Below, piece after piece: positions 54,228 through 64,000 of a stretch of DNA of 64,000 nucleotides. Source of the stretch: Nitrospirota bacterium. Lineage in GTDB: Bacteria; Nitrospirota; JACRHJ01. Both the position numbers and the translations under genes were made by a program. Each line of letters begins with the position of its first letter. Positions within the stretch are counted from its first letter, which is position 1. Below the pieces are notes generated by a model, which was not told the DNA's origin, did no database searches, and was given only the letters and a program-made list of their open reading frames with translations. The stretch is from assembly GCA_963845245.1 (NCBI GenBank), contig CAWJRJ010000017.1:192001-256000 (forward strand), in the 5' to 3' direction.

Positions 54228-54803
54228 TTGAAAATTTTAAGATTCATAACAATCGCTCTCGCAGCAGCGGTTTTAATATCGGTCGGGGCATACGGGTGCG
54301 CAAAGAAACAGGTCAAGACGGAAGGCGGCCAAGTTGAGGCGGTAAAGCCTTCGGAGGCTCCAGAGAAGGCACAGAAGGGCGAGGAAAAACCATCCGAGGC
54401 AACCCGTGAGACCAAGGAGGCACCTCCCGGCCCTAAGGAACAGCCTGAGCCGGTAGAGGCGGGCAGGGCGGAAAAGGCCCTCAAAGACGCGTATTACGCA
54501 TTTGACAGCTATGAACTTTCCCCAGAGGCCATGAAGACCCTCCAGCAGAATGCCGAATGGATAAAGGCCAACAAGGGTCCGGTCATCACCATAGAAGGCC
54601 ACTGCGACGAGCGTGGTACTGTCGAATACAACCTTGCCCTCGGCGAGCGCAGGGCCGAGGCCGCCAAGAACTACCTGGTCTCGCTCGGCGTCAATGCGGA
54701 CAGGCTCAAGACTATCAGCTACGGCAAGAGCCTGCCTGTTGACACAGGCCATACAGAGGAAGCTTGGGCGAAAAACAGAAGGGCGCATTTCGTCGTTCAT
54801 TAG
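54228..54803 (+). CDS. pal: Peptidoglycan-associated lipoprotein
   Basis: Lipobox AYGC; IEGHCDERGTVEYNLALGERRA, ISYGK, NRRA. Confidence 0.95.
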   Translation: MKILRFITIALAAAVLISVGAYGCAKKQVKTEGGQVEAVKPSEAPEKAQKGEEKPSEATRETKEAPPGPKEQPEPVEAGRAEKALKDAYYAFDSYELSPEAMKTLQQNAEWIKANKGPVITIEGHCDERGTVEYNLALGERRAEAAKNYLVSLGVNADRLKTISYGKSLPVDTGHTEEAWAKNRRAHFVVH

Positions 54804-54821
54804 TCTCGACAACACAAGGCT

Positions 54822-54850
54822 GGGCGGGCCACGTGCCCGCCCTGTTTATT
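54822..54850 (+). terminator. Hairpin/terminator after pal
   Basis: GGGCGGGC / GCCCGCCC followed by TGTTTATT. Confidence 0.6.
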
Positions 54851-54854
54851 TAAA

Positions 54855-55716
54855 ATGAAAAAACTACGCATATCTTTTGTTGTTTATCCCCATGTTGGCG
54901 GCGGGTTGTGCAACATCCGCCGACATGCAGGGGCTGGAAAGACAGAACGCCAGTACAAACGCCGCGCTAAGAGAGGTCAAAGGCAACCTGGACGAGATAA
55001 ATTTCTCGCTCCAGGCGGAGAACAAGAGGTCAAAGGAGATCCAGGCATCACTTGAGGTCGTCTCCCAGAACACAAAGGGTTTGACCGACGAGCTTTCCAT
55101 TATAAAGAGAAACCAGGCCGACCTCGGCAGCAAGATGTTCTCAAGCGCCGGTGGCGGCGGGAAGAATACGGATGGCCAACTGGACGAGGTACGCCACGAG
55201 ATCACGGAGACCAACGCCAAGCTCGACGCTCTAAAGGCGATTCTGCTCCAGCGCCTGGCCGAACTTGAGCAGTCGCAGCAGCCTGCAAAAACTGGCGAAG
55301 CAGTTGCGGCCAAGACAAACAACACCGCTGCGACAGTGCCCGCAGGCGACCCGAACCAGATGTACCAGGCAGCGTACCTGGACTACACCAAGGGCAATTT
55401 TGACCTGGCCGTTTCCGGTTTCAGGGAGTATTTGAAATCATTCCCGGATGCCGAGTTTGCCGGGAACGCGCAGTACTGGGTCGGAGAATCGCTATACAGC
55501 CTCGGCAAATATGACGAGGCCATACCAGAGTTCGACAAGGTGATAAAGGGCTACCCGGCAAGCTCAAAGGTACCCGGTGCGATGCTTAAGAAGGGGTACT
55601 GTTTCGATGCCCTCAAGAAGCCGAAGGAGGCAAAAGCGGCCTTTGGTGAGTTGATCAAGAAATACCCCGCATCCGAGGCTGCCAAGCTGGCAGAGGAACG
55701 GTTGAAGAAAAAATAG
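54855..55716 (+). CDS. cpoB: Tol-Pal protein YbgF/CpoB; frameshift near 54875
   Basis: Lipobox LAAGC, coiled coil, TPR NAQYWVGES..KVPGAMLKKG. Confidence 0.9.
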
Positions 55717-55749
55717 TGGGGGCGGTTTTTTTGTTTTTGGAGGTTATGA

Positions 55750-56586
55750 ATGTACAGGCTTAAGACAGCGATGTTGATGGCGGCGTTGACGGTCCTGCTG
55801 GTCCTTTTAGGCCAGGCTATAGGCGGGCCACGCGGTATGATGGGTTTCTTTGTCGTTGCCCTTGTGATGAACTTCATTAGTTACTGGTTCTCCGACAAGA
55901 TAGTGCTTGCGATGTACAGAGCAACGCCCGTGACCGAATCGGACGCCCCGGAGCTTTACTCGATTGTCAGGAACCTGGCCCAGAAGGCCGGGATGCCGAT
56001 GCCGAAGGTATACATAATACCTGACGAGTCGCCCAATGCGTTTGCCACCGGGAGGAACCCTGACCATGCGGCCGTCGCCGCTACGCAAGGCATCATGAGG
56101 ATACTCAGCCGCAAGGAGCTAGAAGGCGTAATGGCCCACGAGCTCTCGCACGTCCTGCACAGGGACATACTGGTCAGCACTATAGCGTCGGTCATGGCTG
56201 CGGCTATAACGATGCTTGCCAGGTTCGCATTCTTTTTCGGAGGTAGCAGGGACGACAGGGAAGGCAGCCCGGTTGCCGCTATTGCAATGATGATACTCGC
56301 GCCGATAGCGGCAATGCTGATACAGCTTGCAATATCGCGTTCGAGGGAGTTTATGGCGGACGAAGGCGGGGCAAGGCTTTGCGGCAACCCGATGTCCCTT
56401 GCAGATGCGCTCAGAAAGCTGGAAAGGGGTGTCGAAGCCATCCCTATGGATGCCAACCCCGCCACATCGAATATGTTTATAGTAAACCCGTTCTCCGCCA
56501 GGGGGATCAAAAAACTGTTCTCGACCCATCCGCCAATGGAAGAACGGATCGCTCGCCTTGAAGATATGGCCCGCGGAAGGGTTTGA
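55750..56586 (+). CDS. htpX: Zinc metalloprotease HtpX
   Basis: [30 protein letters not shown]. Confidence 0.95.
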   Translation: MYRLKTAMLMAALTVLLVLLGQAIGGPRGMMGFFVVALVMNFISYWFSDKIVLAMYRATPVTESDAPELYSIVRNLAQKAGMPMPKVYIIPDESPNAFATGRNPDHAAVAATQGIMRILSRKELEGVMAHELSHVLHRDILVSTIASVMAAAITMLARFAFFFGGSRDDREGSPVAAIAMMILAPIAAMLIQLAISRSREFMADEGGARLCGNPMSLADALRKLERGVEAIPMDANPATSNMFIVNPFSARGIKKLFSTHPPMEERIARLEDMARGRV

Positions 56587-56605
56587 CATTCAGGAGGTAC
56601 ATACT

Positions 56606-57574
56606 ACGAAGAAAGTCTTGACACTGGGGCTTGAGGATGACTTGACGGTCCTCTATGGCGAGCTGGACAAAAACCTCAGATACATCGAAAAGGCTTCGGG
56701 CGTCGACATAAAGGCCCGCGGCAACAGGATTTCGATTGAAGGCACAGAGCTTGCGGTACTTGCAGTCGAGAAGGTTATTTCCGACCTTGCCGGACTTGTC
56801 AAGGGCGGATACGCCCTGAAACTGGAAGATGTGAAGCTTGCGATGCGGACAAGCGAGGAACAGCCGGACTCTTCGATAAAGGAATTGTTTTCCGATACCA
56901 TACTTGTAGGCCACAAGAAAAAACACATAAGCCCAAAGACCGAGAACCAGAAACATTATGTCGATGCCATAAGGGATTACGACATAGTATTTGGAATCGG
57001 CCCTGCAGGCACCGGAAAGACATACCTCGCAATGGCTATGGCGGTATCCGCCCTTATCAAAAAAGAGGTCAGCCGCATAATACTCACCAGGCCTGCCGTC
57101 GAGGCCGGCGAGAGGCTGGGTTTCCTGCCGGGAGATATATATGAGAAGGTCCACCCCTACTTACGGCCTCTGTACGACGCCCTTTACGATATGATGGAGC
57201 AGGAGAAGGCTGCGCATCTGGTGGAGCGCGGGACGATAGAGGTGGCCCCGCTGGCGTTCATGAGAGGGAGGACGCTGAACGATTCATTCATAATACTTGA
57301 TGAAGCGCAGAACACCACAGCGGAACAGATGAAGATGTTCCTTACAAGGATGGGGTTCGGTTCGAAGGCCGTCATTACCGGCGATATCACGCAGGTGGAC
57401 CTGCCGACTGACAAGTCGTCCGGACTTATAGAGGCGATGCACATCCTCGGTTCCGTGAGGGGGCTGAAGTTCGTCAAGTTCTCCGACAAAGACGTTGTAA
57501 GGCACAAATTGGTGCAGCAGATAGTAAAGGCATACCAGAAATACGAGGAAAGTAATGTCCAGCCTGAAAGATGA
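56606..57574 (+). CDS. phoH: PhoH/YbeZ family ATPase (start uncertain)
   Basis: GPAGTGKTYLA, RPAVEAGERLGFLPG, PLAFMRGRT, DEAQN, GDITQ, VVRH. Confidence 0.93.
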   Translation, partial: TKKVLTLGLEDDLTVLYGELDKNLRYIEKASGVDIKARGNRISIEGTELAVLAVEKVISDLAGLVKGGYALKLEDVKLAMRTSEEQPDSSIKELFSDTILVGHKKKHISPKTENQKHYVDAIRDYDIVFGIGPAGTGKTYLAMAMAVSALIKKEVSRIILTRPAVEAGERLGFLPGDIYEKVHPYLRPLYDALYDMMEQEKAAHLVERGTIEVAPLAFMRGRTLNDSFIILDEAQNTTAEQMKMFLTRMGFGSKAVITGDITQVDLPTDKSSGLIEAMHILGSVRGLKFVKFSDKDVVRHKLVQQIVKAYQKYEESNVQPER

Positions 57575-59162
57575 AAGGGCCAGGGTGGGCGTAATGCCCC
57601 AGAAGGCACAGGCCAAGCCCCTCTCCATACAGATACATACGGCTGAGCTTGAAAAGAAAGCCAGCAAGGAGAGGATGAAGAAGGCCGCGCTTGGCGGAGC
57701 TTTGGCTTTCTGTCTGACATTGCTGCTTGCTGACTACTCGGAGCTAGCCAGGATGGGGCCTCTAAACATCCTCCAGTCTCTCATAGGCCTGATCCTGATA
57801 GTATCTCTCCCCCTGTACATATTGTACCGGGACATGCGCCGTTACAAGAAGGCCTTGACCCGGGACCTGCAGAAACTCCTGCTTGTATGCGTAATACTTG
57901 TCGGCGCGGTGGGCATATCCAGGTTCTCTGCTGAAATATTCTCCACATTTACCGGCAACCTGCCCGGCATCGGCAAGGGTACGGGCTACTTCGCGATACC
58001 GATTGCCGCTGGAGCCATGCTTGCCACCTTACTCTTCGATATACACATAGGGATAGTGTTCTCGATAGTGATGAGCATATTCGGTGGGATACTTATAGTA
58101 TCGGAGCCTCTCTTCGCTTTTTATACTTTCATGGGCAGCATAATTGCCGCCTTCAGCGTGATAAGGTGCACCCAGCGTTCCGCACTGCTACGGGCCGGAA
58201 TGTTCATAGCGCTCGCAAACGCCGGGACGGTGGCGTGTATAGACCTCTACCAGCATGAGTTATTCACAAGGGTCGGGCTGTACGACATAATTGCCGGCAT
58301 CATGGGAGGGTTTTTCTCGGCGATACTGGTGTCTGGTATACTACCGCTCCTTGAATCGCTGTTCAAGGTAGTGACGGACATCAGCCTTCTCGAGTACAGT
58401 GACCTGAACCGGCCGCTTTTAAAACAACTGATGGTGTCTGCGCCGGGTACTTACCACCATAGCGTTATAATCGGTACCCTTGCCGAGGCTGCTGCTGAGG
58501 CCGTTGGGGTCAACCCGTTGATGGCAAGGGTGGCGGCATATTATCACGATATAGGCAAGATAAAAAAACCTGAATACTTCATCGAAAACCAGGCCAAGGG
58601 AGAGAACAGGCATGACCGGCTCACGCCGAGCATGAGCAGCCTTATAATAGCATCCCATGTAAAAGAAGGCATGGAACTCGCAAAAGAGTTCAAGCTTCCG
58701 CCGCAGATAGCCGATATTATACAACAACACCACGGTTCAGCCCTCATGACTTACTTTTACGAGAAGGCAAAAGATGCCGAAGGTGCAGGCCAGGCGCTGA
58801 TAAACGAGGATGACTACCGTTACCCCGGACCGAAGCCGCAAACAAAGGTAGCCGCTATCGTGATGCTGGCCGACGCGGTTGAGGCTGCATCAAGGGTATT
58901 GGACAATCCCACCCCGCAGAGGATAGCCGCGCTTGTGGACAAGATAGTGAACAGGATATTCGCGGACGGGCAGCTTAATGAATGCGAGCTGACCCTGAAG
59001 GACCTCACGGAGATAATCAAGAGCTTCAACCTTCTCCTTTCAGGTATCTACCATCACCGGATTGATTATCCGGGGCTGGGCATACCATCCGGAGGCAAAA
59101 AATTTGGCAGTTCTGGTATCAAATACTCAGAAGAAGGTAAGGGTATCGGCTGGCAGGCTTAA
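57555..59162 (+). CDS. 7TM-HD (HDIG) phosphohydrolase, PgpH-like
   Basis: Multiple TM helices, APGTYHHS, YYHDIGK, QHHG, YPGPKP, MLADAVEAA. Confidence 0.9.
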   Translation: MSSLKDERARVGVMPQKAQAKPLSIQIHTAELEKKASKERMKKAALGGALAFCLTLLLADYSELARMGPLNILQSLIGLILIVSLPLYILYRDMRRYKKALTRDLQKLLLVCVILVGAVGISRFSAEIFSTFTGNLPGIGKGTGYFAIPIAAGAMLATLLFDIHIGIVFSIVMSIFGGILIVSEPLFAFYTFMGSIIAAFSVIRCTQRSALLRAGMFIALANAGTVACIDLYQHELFTRVGLYDIIAGIMGGFFSAILVSGILPLLESLFKVVTDISLLEYSDLNRPLLKQLMVSAPGTYHHSVIIGTLAEAAAEAVGVNPLMARVAAYYHDIGKIKKPEYFIENQAKGENRHDRLTPSMSSLIIASHVKEGMELAKEFKLPPQIADIIQQHHGSALMTYFYEKAKDAEGAGQALINEDDYRYPGPKPQTKVAAIVMLADAVEAASRVLDNPTPQRIAALVDKIVNRIFADGQLNECELTLKDLTEIIKSFNLLLSGIYHHRIDYPGLGIPSGGKKFGSSGIKYSEEGKGIGWQA

Positions 59163-59568
59163 GAAAGCCGCCAGCACTGTGCTGGAATATATGGGCTGCC
59201 CCGACGCCGAGCTAAGCATCCTCATTACCGGCGACAGGAAGATGCGGTCACTGAACAGGCAATACCGTGGCATTGACAGCACCACGGACGTCCTTTCATT
59301 TCCTGTGCTCGAAGGTGAGGCTTCTTTCAAGGCCGCTTTCAGCGGTGAGGGCGGGCCGCCGCCTGCGTTGGGCGACATCGTTATATCCGCCGCGCGAGCA
59401 TTGAAGCAGTCCGAAGAGATAGGCCAGACCCTCGATGATGAGATGCTGTTTCTCCTTGTACACGGCATCCTTCACCTCCTTGGATATGACCATGAAAAGT
59501 CATCTTCCGAAAAACGTTCAATGGAGAAGAAGCAGAAGGAACTTGTCGGGCTTTTGAGGCGTAATTGA
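59104..59568 (+). CDS. ybeY: rRNA maturation endoribonuclease YbeY
   Basis: LNRQYRG..TDVLSF, LGDIVIS, HGILHLLGYDH; SD GGAGG before TTG. Confidence 0.93.
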   Translation: MAVLVSNTQKKVRVSAGRLKKAASTVLEYMGCPDAELSILITGDRKMRSLNRQYRGIDSTTDVLSFPVLEGEASFKAAFSGEGGPPPALGDIVISAARALKQSEEIGQTLDDEMLFLLVHGILHLLGYDHEKSSSEKRSMEKKQKELVGLLRRN

Positions 59569-60266
59569 AACCGAAAAGCTGGTACCAGAGCGCAAACCTT
59601 GCCATAGAAGGCATCCTGTATGCCGCCAAGACCCAGAAGCACCTGCGCTGGCACTTCATATCGGCTGCGCTGGTAATATTGGTTGCCCTTTATCTTGGCC
59701 TTGGCAAGATGGAGTTTGTGGCGCTCTCGCTTGCGATAGTCATCGTGCTAGTGGCCGAGATTTTGAACACGGCAATTGAGGCTGCGGTCGACCTCATCTC
59801 CGATACATACCACCCGATCGCCAAGGTAGCGAAAGATACCGCAGCCGGTGCGGTTTTCGTGGCATCCTGTGGTGCATTAATACTTGGCTTTCTCATACTT
59901 TATCCGTACGTTGCCAAATCCGTCGAGGTGGGTGTGTCGCAGGTGAGGTTGGCCGGAGAGAACATCGCATTCATGGCCTTCGTCGTGGTGGTCATCGCGG
60001 TCATAATCGCGAAGGCATACTTTGGGCGCGGGCGGCCTCTTGAAGGCGGTATGCCCAGCGGCCACGCAGCTACCGCATTTTCCATCTGGGTTGCGGTGCT
60101 GTTCCTTACGTCGAACGCGCTCATAGCCATACTCGTGTTCATAATGGCGGTTTTGATAAGCCACAGCAGGGTCGCGATGGGTATACACTCTGTACGGGAA
60201 GTAACGCTGGGCGCTCTTTTGGGCGGGCTTATCACCCTCTTTATATTCCTGTTGTTCGCGTCTTAG
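59565..60266 (+). CDS. dgkA: Diacylglycerol/undecaprenol kinase fused to PAP2 domain
   Basis: AEILNTAIEAAVD..AKDTAAGAV; RPLEGGMPSGH..SRVAMGIH. Confidence 0.88.
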   Translation: MKPKSWYQSANLAIEGILYAAKTQKHLRWHFISAALVILVALYLGLGKMEFVALSLAIVIVLVAEILNTAIEAAVDLISDTYHPIAKVAKDTAAGAVFVASCGALILGFLILYPYVAKSVEVGVSQVRLAGENIAFMAFVVVVIAVIIAKAYFGRGRPLEGGMPSGHAATAFSIWVAVLFLTSNALIAILVFIMAVLISHSRVAMGIHSVREVTLGALLGGLITLFIFLLFAS

Positions 60267-60275
60267 TGGGGGCAG

Positions 60276-60629
60276 TTGTTCCAGGAAATATTACAAAAAG
60301 TAGTAGATAACGTAGCAGGCGCTGCCGGGGTGATATTTGCAGACTGGGATGGCGAGTCTGTCGAATTCGTATCAAACGCGAAAGAAGAGGATATTAAACT
60401 CCTCGGCGCTCACCAGGGAATCATACTGAACCTTGCAAGGGAGGTTGCCGAAAATTGCGCCCAGGGGAGCATAAACGGTATGTTGGTAAGCTCTGATGTG
60501 GGCAGGGTGGTAGTCCAGCCGGTAAAAGAGGGATACTATCTGGTTATGCTGCTCCCGCCTCACGGCAATGTCGGGATCGCTTTTAAAAGGCTGAGGGAGG
60601 CTGCGGAACTTTTCAGGCAGGAGATATAG
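60276..60629 (+). CDS. Roadblock/LC7 domain protein
   Basis: FQEILQKVVDNVAGA..DWDGESV..YYLVMLL..GNVG. Confidence 0.75.
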   Translation: MFQEILQKVVDNVAGAAGVIFADWDGESVEFVSNAKEEDIKLLGAHQGIILNLAREVAENCAQGSINGMLVSSDVGRVVVQPVKEGYYLVMLLPPHGNVGIAFKRLREAAELFRQEI

Positions 60630-60968
60630 ATGAGATATATTCAGGCTTGTTTGGCGGTTTTACTGCTGCAATGTTTTTTTGGTACATTGGTAGCTCATGC
60701 CTCTAACGAATGTCTGAGTGCGAGCTGCCACGCAAAGATGCTTGATGCAAAATACGTCCATGGGCCTGTAGCTGTGGGAGACTGCGGGTTCTGCCACACT
60801 CAGACCGGCAAGCATAGCTTCAAGCTTTCGGCTAATGGCGCTGGACTTTGCGGCTCCTGTCATGATATAAAGGTTAAAGCCAACTGCATTTCCTGTCATG
60901 ACCCGCATGGGTCGGCAAGGGAATTTCAACTAAAGCCGGGAGTATCCGGCAACTGCAAAAAGCAATAA
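60630..60968 (+). CDS. Small periplasmic tetraheme cytochrome c
   Basis: Signal peptide; CLSASCH, CGFCH, CGSCH, CISCH-DPHGS. Confidence 0.85.
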   Translation: MRYIQACLAVLLLQCFFGTLVAHASNECLSASCHAKMLDAKYVHGPVAVGDCGFCHTQTGKHSFKLSANGAGLCGSCHDIKVKANCISCHDPHGSAREFQLKPGVSGNCKKQ

Positions 60969-60980
60969 ACGGGGGGTATT

Positions 60981-61889
60981 TTGGGTTTTTTCGACAAACT
61001 TAAAGCTGGGCTGACCAAGACGCGTAACCAACTCGTCACCGGCATAGAAAACGTAGTACTTGGTAAGAAAAAAATAGACGAAAACCTTATGGAGGAGCTT
61101 GAGGAGGTGATGATACTTGCCGACCTTGGCGTCGATACCACAAGGGGTATAATAGACAGCGTCCGGGAAAAGGTCAAGCGCAACGAACTGACCGACGCCG
61201 ACCTTCTTAAAAAGGAGATAAAAGAACAGATAAGAGCTATACTTAAAAACAGGACTTGTGAACTCCGCGGTGGGGACAGCCTGGCAGTGTACCTCATAAT
61301 CGGTGTAAACGGCACCGGCAAGACCACCACCATTGGAAAACTCTCCGCGAAGCTTCGGGCCGATGGAAAGAAGGTGCTCCTGGCCGCCGGTGACACTTTC
61401 AGGGCAGCGGCAGCCGAACAGCTGGTGCTTTGGGGCGAACGAACGGGCGCGGACGTTATAAGGCATAAAAGCGGCGCGGACCCAGGCGCGGTCGTCTTTG
61501 ACGCGATAGCCGCCGCCCGCGCAAGGGAGGCGGAAGTTTTGTTGGTAGACACGGCCGGGAGGCTTCATACCAAAACAAACCTCATGGAAGAGTTAAAAAA
61601 GATCAACCGCGTGATTGAGCGTGAGTTGCCTGGTGAGCCTCGTGAAGTGCTGCTGGTGCTGGACGCGACTACAGGCCAGAACGCGCTTTCTCAGGCGAAG
61701 CTTTTTAATCAGGCGATAGGCGTGACAGGCATAGTGCTTACGAAGCTTGATGGGACGGCGAAGGGTGGGATAGTAGTCGCCATAACTTCGGAACTTGGAA
61801 TCCCAGTGAAGATGGTGGGGGTGGGCGAGCAAGTCGATGACCTACAGCCCTTCGACCCGGATGAATATGTGGACGCGCTCTTCGCCTGA
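60981..61889 (+). CDS. ftsY: SRP receptor FtsY
   Basis: GVNGTGKTTT, GDTFRAAA, DTAGR, TKLDGTAKGG. Confidence 0.97.
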   Translation: MGFFDKLKAGLTKTRNQLVTGIENVVLGKKKIDENLMEELEEVMILADLGVDTTRGIIDSVREKVKRNELTDADLLKKEIKEQIRAILKNRTCELRGGDSLAVYLIIGVNGTGKTTTIGKLSAKLRADGKKVLLAAGDTFRAAAAEQLVLWGERTGADVIRHKSGADPGAVVFDAIAAARAREAEVLLVDTAGRLHTKTNLMEELKKINRVIERELPGEPREVLLVLDATTGQNALSQAKLFNQAIGVTGIVLTKLDGTAKGGIVVAITSELGIPVKMVGVGEQVDDLQPFDPDEYVDALFA

Positions 61890-61915
61890 AAACTGAAGTA
61901 AGCGGGACGTATGTA

Positions 61916-64000
61916 ATGTTAAGGTTAATCGCAGCATCGGTCTTGGCCGCCCTATTACTCTGTTTGGTGTCTCCATCTGCTTTCGCGCAGCCGCAAGGGC
62001 AAAACCCCTCCACCATAGGCCTTAAGAACTTCGCGTTCGATGTAAAAAAAGGCGAGCCATCCGTACCCCCAGGGCTTCAAGGCAAGCCCTCCGCCGGCAG
62101 CAACGACTTCATGATAATAAAATTCAAGGATAAAAACAACGCCGCCGACCGCGAAAGACTGGCAAAGTGCGGCGTGCACTTCTTTGGGTACATCCCCGTA
62201 AACGCGTTTCTTGCCAAGGTGCCGAAAGGCAGGGTGGGCGATATTGCCAATGATCCGGCAATCGAGTTCATCGGGTCGTACAAGCCCGCATACCGGCTGG
62301 ACACCGATGTCCTGGAATGGGTTAAAAAGGGAGAAAAGGGCGAAAAAAAACTGGTGCTCCAGGCGTTTGACGGCGAGGACCTGGCGCCTATAAAGAAGGC
62401 TATCGAGTCACTTGGCGGCAGCTGGGAGGTCATATCCGATACGCCGGGACTGAACGGCAAATTCCTGAAGGTACGCATTGACGCATCCAAGATTCCGGAC
62501 CTTGCCGACGTTTACGGCGTGCAGTGGATAGAGCAGGAGAGGATACCGACCCTTTTCAATGACATTTCTAAAACAGTGATTAAGGCCGATTATTTATGGG
62601 GCCTGGGGGTGCCGCTACGAGGAACCGGTCAGGTGATAGGTATCTGCGATACAGGCCTTGATACCGGCAATATTACCACCATTCATCCCGACTTCGCCGC
62701 TCAGACATCTGGCGGTCTTACAAGGGTCAAGCAGACCTTCTCATACGGCAGGACAAACAAATGGAGCGACCCTGATGGACACGGCACTCATACTGCCGGC
62801 TCTATCGTAGGGGCGGGTGTGGAGTCAAACCTGCTTAATCCTGGGATGTTTGTCAGGGGTATGTCCTATGACGCGCAGCTTGTGTTCCAATCCGTCCTTA
62901 ATTCAAGCGGCGGCCTTTCCATCCCGGATATCAATGCCGTGGTTTTCCCGGACGCTTATAATGCAGGCGCAAGGCTGCACTCGAACAGCTGGGGATACAG
63001 TGGCAGTAACGGTGCGTATAATTCAGACTCCGTGCGTGCCGACACATATACATGGAACCACAAGGACTTCCTGCCTTTATTTGCGGCAGGCAACGACGGC
63101 ACTGATGCCAGCAAGGATGGAATAATCGACCTGGGTTCGGTGTCAGCTCCGGGAACTGCAAAAAACGTACTTACGGTCGGAGCGTCCGAAAATAACAGAT
63201 CTGCTTTAACCCCGACTTATGGCCAGAGCTGGCCGTCTGGCTTCCCTGCCGAACCCGTTTTCAGCGACAAGATGGCAAACAATGTAAACGGCATGGTCGC
63301 CTTTAGCGGCCGCGGCCCTACGGCTGACGGCCGGATCAAGCCCGACTTGGTTGCGCCCGGCACCTGGGTACTTTCTGATAAATCCAGCTTGGCTCCATCT
63401 GGTAATTACTGGGCGAATCCTTCCTATGCAGGTCTGCCTTCTACGATGGATACATATTACGCATTCGACGGCGGCACGAGCATGGCCACCCCTCTTACGG
63501 CCGGTGCTGCTGCTCTGATCAGGGAGTATCTGGTCAACAACGGTCTATCTGGCCCATCATCAGCCCTGATAAAATGCATTATGATTGCCGGGGCGGCGGA
63601 TGTTTCACCCGGGCAGTACAGCATGCCAAAGAACGACATTACAGCACGCCCTGACAATAATCAAGGGTGGGGCAGAGTGGATTTAAAGGAGTCGCTTTAC
63701 CCGGACTTACCCAAGAGGACGATATTCGACGACCATGCCGCCGGTCTTCAGACCGGCGGTTTTTTTAGTTATAACTACTGGCTTTCAGATGCAACGGTGC
63801 CAGTCAGGGTCAATATCGTATGGACTGATTACCCAGGCGCAGCTTACTCTTCGGTGAACCTGGTGAATGATTTGGACCTTGTTGTTACCGCCCCGGACGG
63901 GCGAGTCTACCACGGAAACCGCTACAACGGTTCGGTTTCAACACCTGGCGACCAGGGATTCGACAGACTGAATAACGTGGAGGGGGTCACTATCCCTGCA
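61916..64000 (+). CDS. Secreted S8 (KP-43-like) subtilase, runs off the window
   Basis: Absent from the ORF track (no stop in window): signal MLRLIAASVLAALLL; ICDTGLDTG, DGHGTHTAGS, HSNSWG, IKPDLVAPG, GTSMATP, NDLDL, NNVE. Confidence 0.9.
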   Translation, partial: MLRLIAASVLAALLLCLVSPSAFAQPQGQNPSTIGLKNFAFDVKKGEPSVPPGLQGKPSAGSNDFMIIKFKDKNNAADRERLAKCGVHFFGYIPVNAFLAKVPKGRVGDIANDPAIEFIGSYKPAYRLDTDVLEWVKKGEKGEKKLVLQAFDGEDLAPIKKAIESLGGSWEVISDTPGLNGKFLKVRIDASKIPDLADVYGVQWIEQERIPTLFNDISKTVIKADYLWGLGVPLRGTGQVIGICDTGLDTGNITTIHPDFAAQTSGGLTRVKQTFSYGRTNKWSDPDGHGTHTAGSIVGAGVESNLLNPGMFVRGMSYDAQLVFQSVLNSSGGLSIPDINAVVFPDAYNAGARLHSNSWGYSGSNGAYNSDSVRADTYTWNHKDFLPLFAAGNDGTDASKDGIIDLGSVSAPGTAKNVLTVGASENNRSALTPTYGQSWPSGFPAEPVFSDKMANNVNGMVAFSGRGPTADGRIKPDLVAPGTWVLSDKSSLAPSGNYWANPSYAGLPSTMDTYYAFDGGTSMATPLTAGAAALIREYLVNNGLSGPSSALIKCIMIAGAADVSPGQYSMPKNDITARPDNNQGWGRVDLKESLYPDLPKRTIFDDHAAGLQTGGFFSYNYWLSDATVPVRVNIVWTDYPGAAYSSVNLVNDLDLVVTAPDGRVYHGNRYNGSVSTPGDQGFDRLNNVEGVTIPA

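Overview
Bacterial chromosomal window. Gene order (rpoS-apt, valS-nadC-birA-coaX, alaC-hom-thrC-apgM-lysC, tolA-tolB-pal-cpoB, phoH-HD-ybeY-dgkA), c-type cytochromes and a GEMM-I riboswitch suggest a Nitrospirota/Desulfobacterota-like anaerobe (inference). About 60 CDS, mostly housekeeping, plus four tRNAs (Pro-CGG, Arg-CCT, Glu-CTC, Ala-CGC). Many conserved and essential genes (valS, dnaE, nadC, hom, thrC) carry 1-nt indels, best explained as unpolished long-read assembly error. Accessory content: an islet after tRNA-Arg bounded by a degenerate tRNA 3' copy, a c-di-GMP-I riboswitch, an HD-GYP/kinase/response-regulator cluster, a DUF4258/MqsA-type toxin-antitoxin pair, a B12 radical SAM enzyme, a MacAB-like ABC exporter and an S8 protease. 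Two candidates for undescribed systems: (1) a ~155-nt minus-strand non-coding RNA between birA and coaX with its own promoter and two tandem hairpins sharing a 33-nt core, beside a heme c/membrane/cytochrome b5 fusion gene; (2) a three-gene operon of a cNMP-binding protein, an isoprenoid-synthase-fold (ComQ/terpene-synthase-like) protein and an RRE(PqqD)-fused M50 peptidase, suggesting an uncharacterised prenylated-peptide pathway. No CRISPR array, rRNA, integrase or transposase was seen. All calls come from reading motifs by eye; no searches were run.
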